A DNA stretch of 63,777 bases, counting the filler, from Octopus bimaculoides (taxonomy: Eukaryota), in assembly GCF_001194135.2 (NCBI RefSeq). It is 4 parts of 4 records of this genome, joined end to end, with 100 filler letters (N's around TTAATTAATTAA, not from the genome) between each part and the next. Parts side by side here need not be neighbours in the genome. Positions count along the whole stretch, not along the records: positions 61,278 to 63,777 come from NC_068985.1; 3 more parts are not named here. One strand, 5' to 3'. A program made the translations under genes and the position numbers. This document shows positions 61,639-63,777 of the stretch, in pieces; within the stretch, counting starts at the first letter, position 1; each line of letters opens with the position of its first letter. The notes under the pieces were generated by a model. The model ran no database searches and had not been told where the DNA came from. It saw only the letters and a program-made list of their open reading frames with translations.

Positions 61639-62376
61639 AGAATTGTTTCTTTATGTTCTGAGTGAATGTAATCAACTAACCGTATGCAATTAATATTGCT
61701 GGTCTTGTCCCTACATTTAAGACTATTATTCTGCACAAAATATATCCTTGATATAATGCACAACGTGTGTAAATGAGGTCAACATGTAATACAGACAAGA
61801 CAAAACGAAGCGACTGTATGGAAATACACTTAATACTTATTTGTATAACATGTCGCTGTTATGTGCAAAATATGCAGTTTAAATTACATACACAACAGAA
61901 AGTTAAGAATGGCAATTGGAATAATAAAACAAAACGGAATAAACGGTTTTGAAATAAAACTATTGTTAGTGAAAAATAAGTCAAATATAATCATGGATAA
62001 ACCCATCAGAAGTATAAATACTACTGATCGAGTTTAAGTTTGTTGCAAGCTTAAATAGGAAAAGAGTATTTAATTTAGAAGTCTTTTCAAAAGGTTAACT
62101 CTGATCAGGAAGCTCATCTCTAGCAACTATCATTTAAAATAAAATAAAATAAAATAGACTCCTGTTGATAAGTAGACATATAGGCGCAGGTGTGGCCGTG
62201 TGGTAAGAAGTTTGCTTGTCAACCACATGCGTGTTACCTTAGGCAAGTGCCTTCCACTATAGCCCCGGAAAGACCCAGGCTTTGTGAGTGGATTTGGTAG
62301 ACGGAAAAAGTCGTGTATGTACGGAAGTCTGTCGTGTATGTACAAACTCACACACACATACACACACATATACATA

Positions 62377-62379
<3 letters not shown>

Positions 62380-62468
<89 letters not shown>

Positions 62469-62817
62469 TTATATATTTATACACATAAATTATTAGAATG
62501 GCTAGTCACAATTTAAAACCAAAAGGTACAAGTACAATCGTTACTAAAGTGACTAAAGGTGCAAATCAGCACCAACATTGCTAGAAATTAGAGTCAAAAC
62601 AACTTTTAGCAACGGGCAAGGCACTGTGACTTGACTGACAAGGAAGACAAACTCCCTACAGCAAGCGAGATGCGTCAGATCACCGGTGATGTCGAATAGA
62701 ATTAATCCTTATCGGTGACGTTACTCCGTTGTTTAGGGTTAAGTTAACTCGCTCTGTCAATTTGTATAAAACACCACAGGAATCAGTGGTTGATTCAGTA
62801 AAATGGTAAAAATAGTG

Positions 62818-62906
<89 letters not shown>

Positions 62907-63044
62907 ATATCCTTTAAGTTCGAGAAATGTTTTTGAGTACGCATATAAAAAAATCCTATTTTATTGTGTCGACTAAGGCCCAATGACACCAGCTGGCAAT
63001 AGCAGTGTTATGGGGTTGTACAGAACTGTGTCGTTATAACGTAG

Positions 63045-63100
<56 letters not shown>
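62380..63100. repeat. Two long (TA)n tracts (62380-62465, 62815-62900) and a (TAA)n tract (63045-63100)
   Basis: Directly visible. Confidence 0.95.
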
Positions 63101-63280
63101 GGCTAGGAATTTTGTGGGAGGGTGCTAGTCGATTACATCGACCCCAGTGTTCAACTGGTACTTAATTTATCGACCCCCGAGAGGATGAAAGGCAAAGTCG
63201 ACCTCGTCGGAATGTGAACTAAGAACGTAAGGACTGACGGAATACCGCTAAACGTTTCACCCAGTGTGCTAACGATTCAA
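63100..63280 (-). mobile_element. Third SINE-like family (..GCAGAATCGTTAGCAC..GTTCAAATTCC.CCGAGGTCGACTTTGCCTTTCATCC..GGGGTCGATAAA)
   Basis: tRNA-like B box. Approximate copies: 9335-9440(-), 9540-9610(-), 32650-32850(-), 40420-40640(+), 48830-49030(-), and a degenerate one at 51310-51400(+). Confidence 0.7.
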
Positions 63281-63419
63281 TGGAATTTATAATTATTTCA
63301 ATGCATCACTACGCGCGGATTGTACTGTAATCATACCAGGAATACGGATTATGAGCGGAAGGAACATGTGAGCTATGAAAACGTGTGTAGCAATGCATTA
63401 AAATATTTATAAATTGCAT

Positions 63420-63777
63420 CCATTATTATTATTTTTATCATTATTGTTCAGTAGTTTTATTTTTATAACGTGCTTTCATTTCACTACCGAGTGCAGCTCT
63501 GTGCGCCTTGGGTATGTGCTGTGGTTTGCTGTGGTGTTCTTATGGTTACTGTATTGAAAGTGTTTTGCGTAGGATGTGTGCAGTGCCCAGTAGTGCAATT
63601 TTCTGTATGTTATATATATTTGTAAGTCCTGGTGTTTTTGTTATGTATTTGTCTGAATATTTTTTATTATACCTAAGGCACCTACTATGATAGGAATTGT
63701 TTCTGTTTTTAGATTCCACATTCGAGTTACCTCTATTTCCAGGTCTTTGTATTTTGAAAGTTTTTCCATTTCTTTTA
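63420..63777 (-). mobile_element. Second copy of the same R4/Dong-type LINE 3' fragment, inverted
   Basis: Its reverse complement matches 61278-61610 with about a dozen differences counted by eye. It has a -1 deletion in an A run. Confidence 0.85.

Overview
This is repeat-rich, AT-rich eukaryotic genomic DNA. The repeat families and microsatellite load suggest an octopod cephalopod (inference, not verified). The window is four blocks (1-12880, 12981-30951, 31052-61177, 61278-63777) joined by three identical artificial 100-bp linkers (44 N + TTAATTAATTAA + 44 N). Two spliced protein-coding genes can be built by hand. (1) A divergent TMEM179-family gene lies on + with coding exons at 5652-6010, 7279-7407 and 11551-11796; one internal exon was not found. 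(2) BAZ1A/ACF1 lies on - with 15 phase-consistent GT-AG exons from 56940 to 31190 (WAC, DDT and WHIM regions). Its conserved first coding exon and its PHD/bromodomain 3' end are not visible in the window. The rest is mostly mobile-element debris: tRNA-derived SINEs (four with 12-13 bp TSDs), RTE LINE 3' ends, R4/Dong-type LINE 3' ends, degraded RT-LINEs, a mariner relic, TTAA-ended (piggyBac-like) and TA-flanked MITEs, and a Penelope-like fragment. Almost all six-frame ORFs in the track are microsatellite or gap artefacts. I found no multi-gene novel system. The best leads are a minimal hammerhead-like motif (28687-28732), a three-hairpin cluster in a BAZ1A intron (45762-45860), a candidate alternative BAZ1A start exon (60144-60148), an orphan ATG micro-exon (14668-14695), and dense inverted repeats in the BAZ1A pre-mRNA that could be ADAR substrates.
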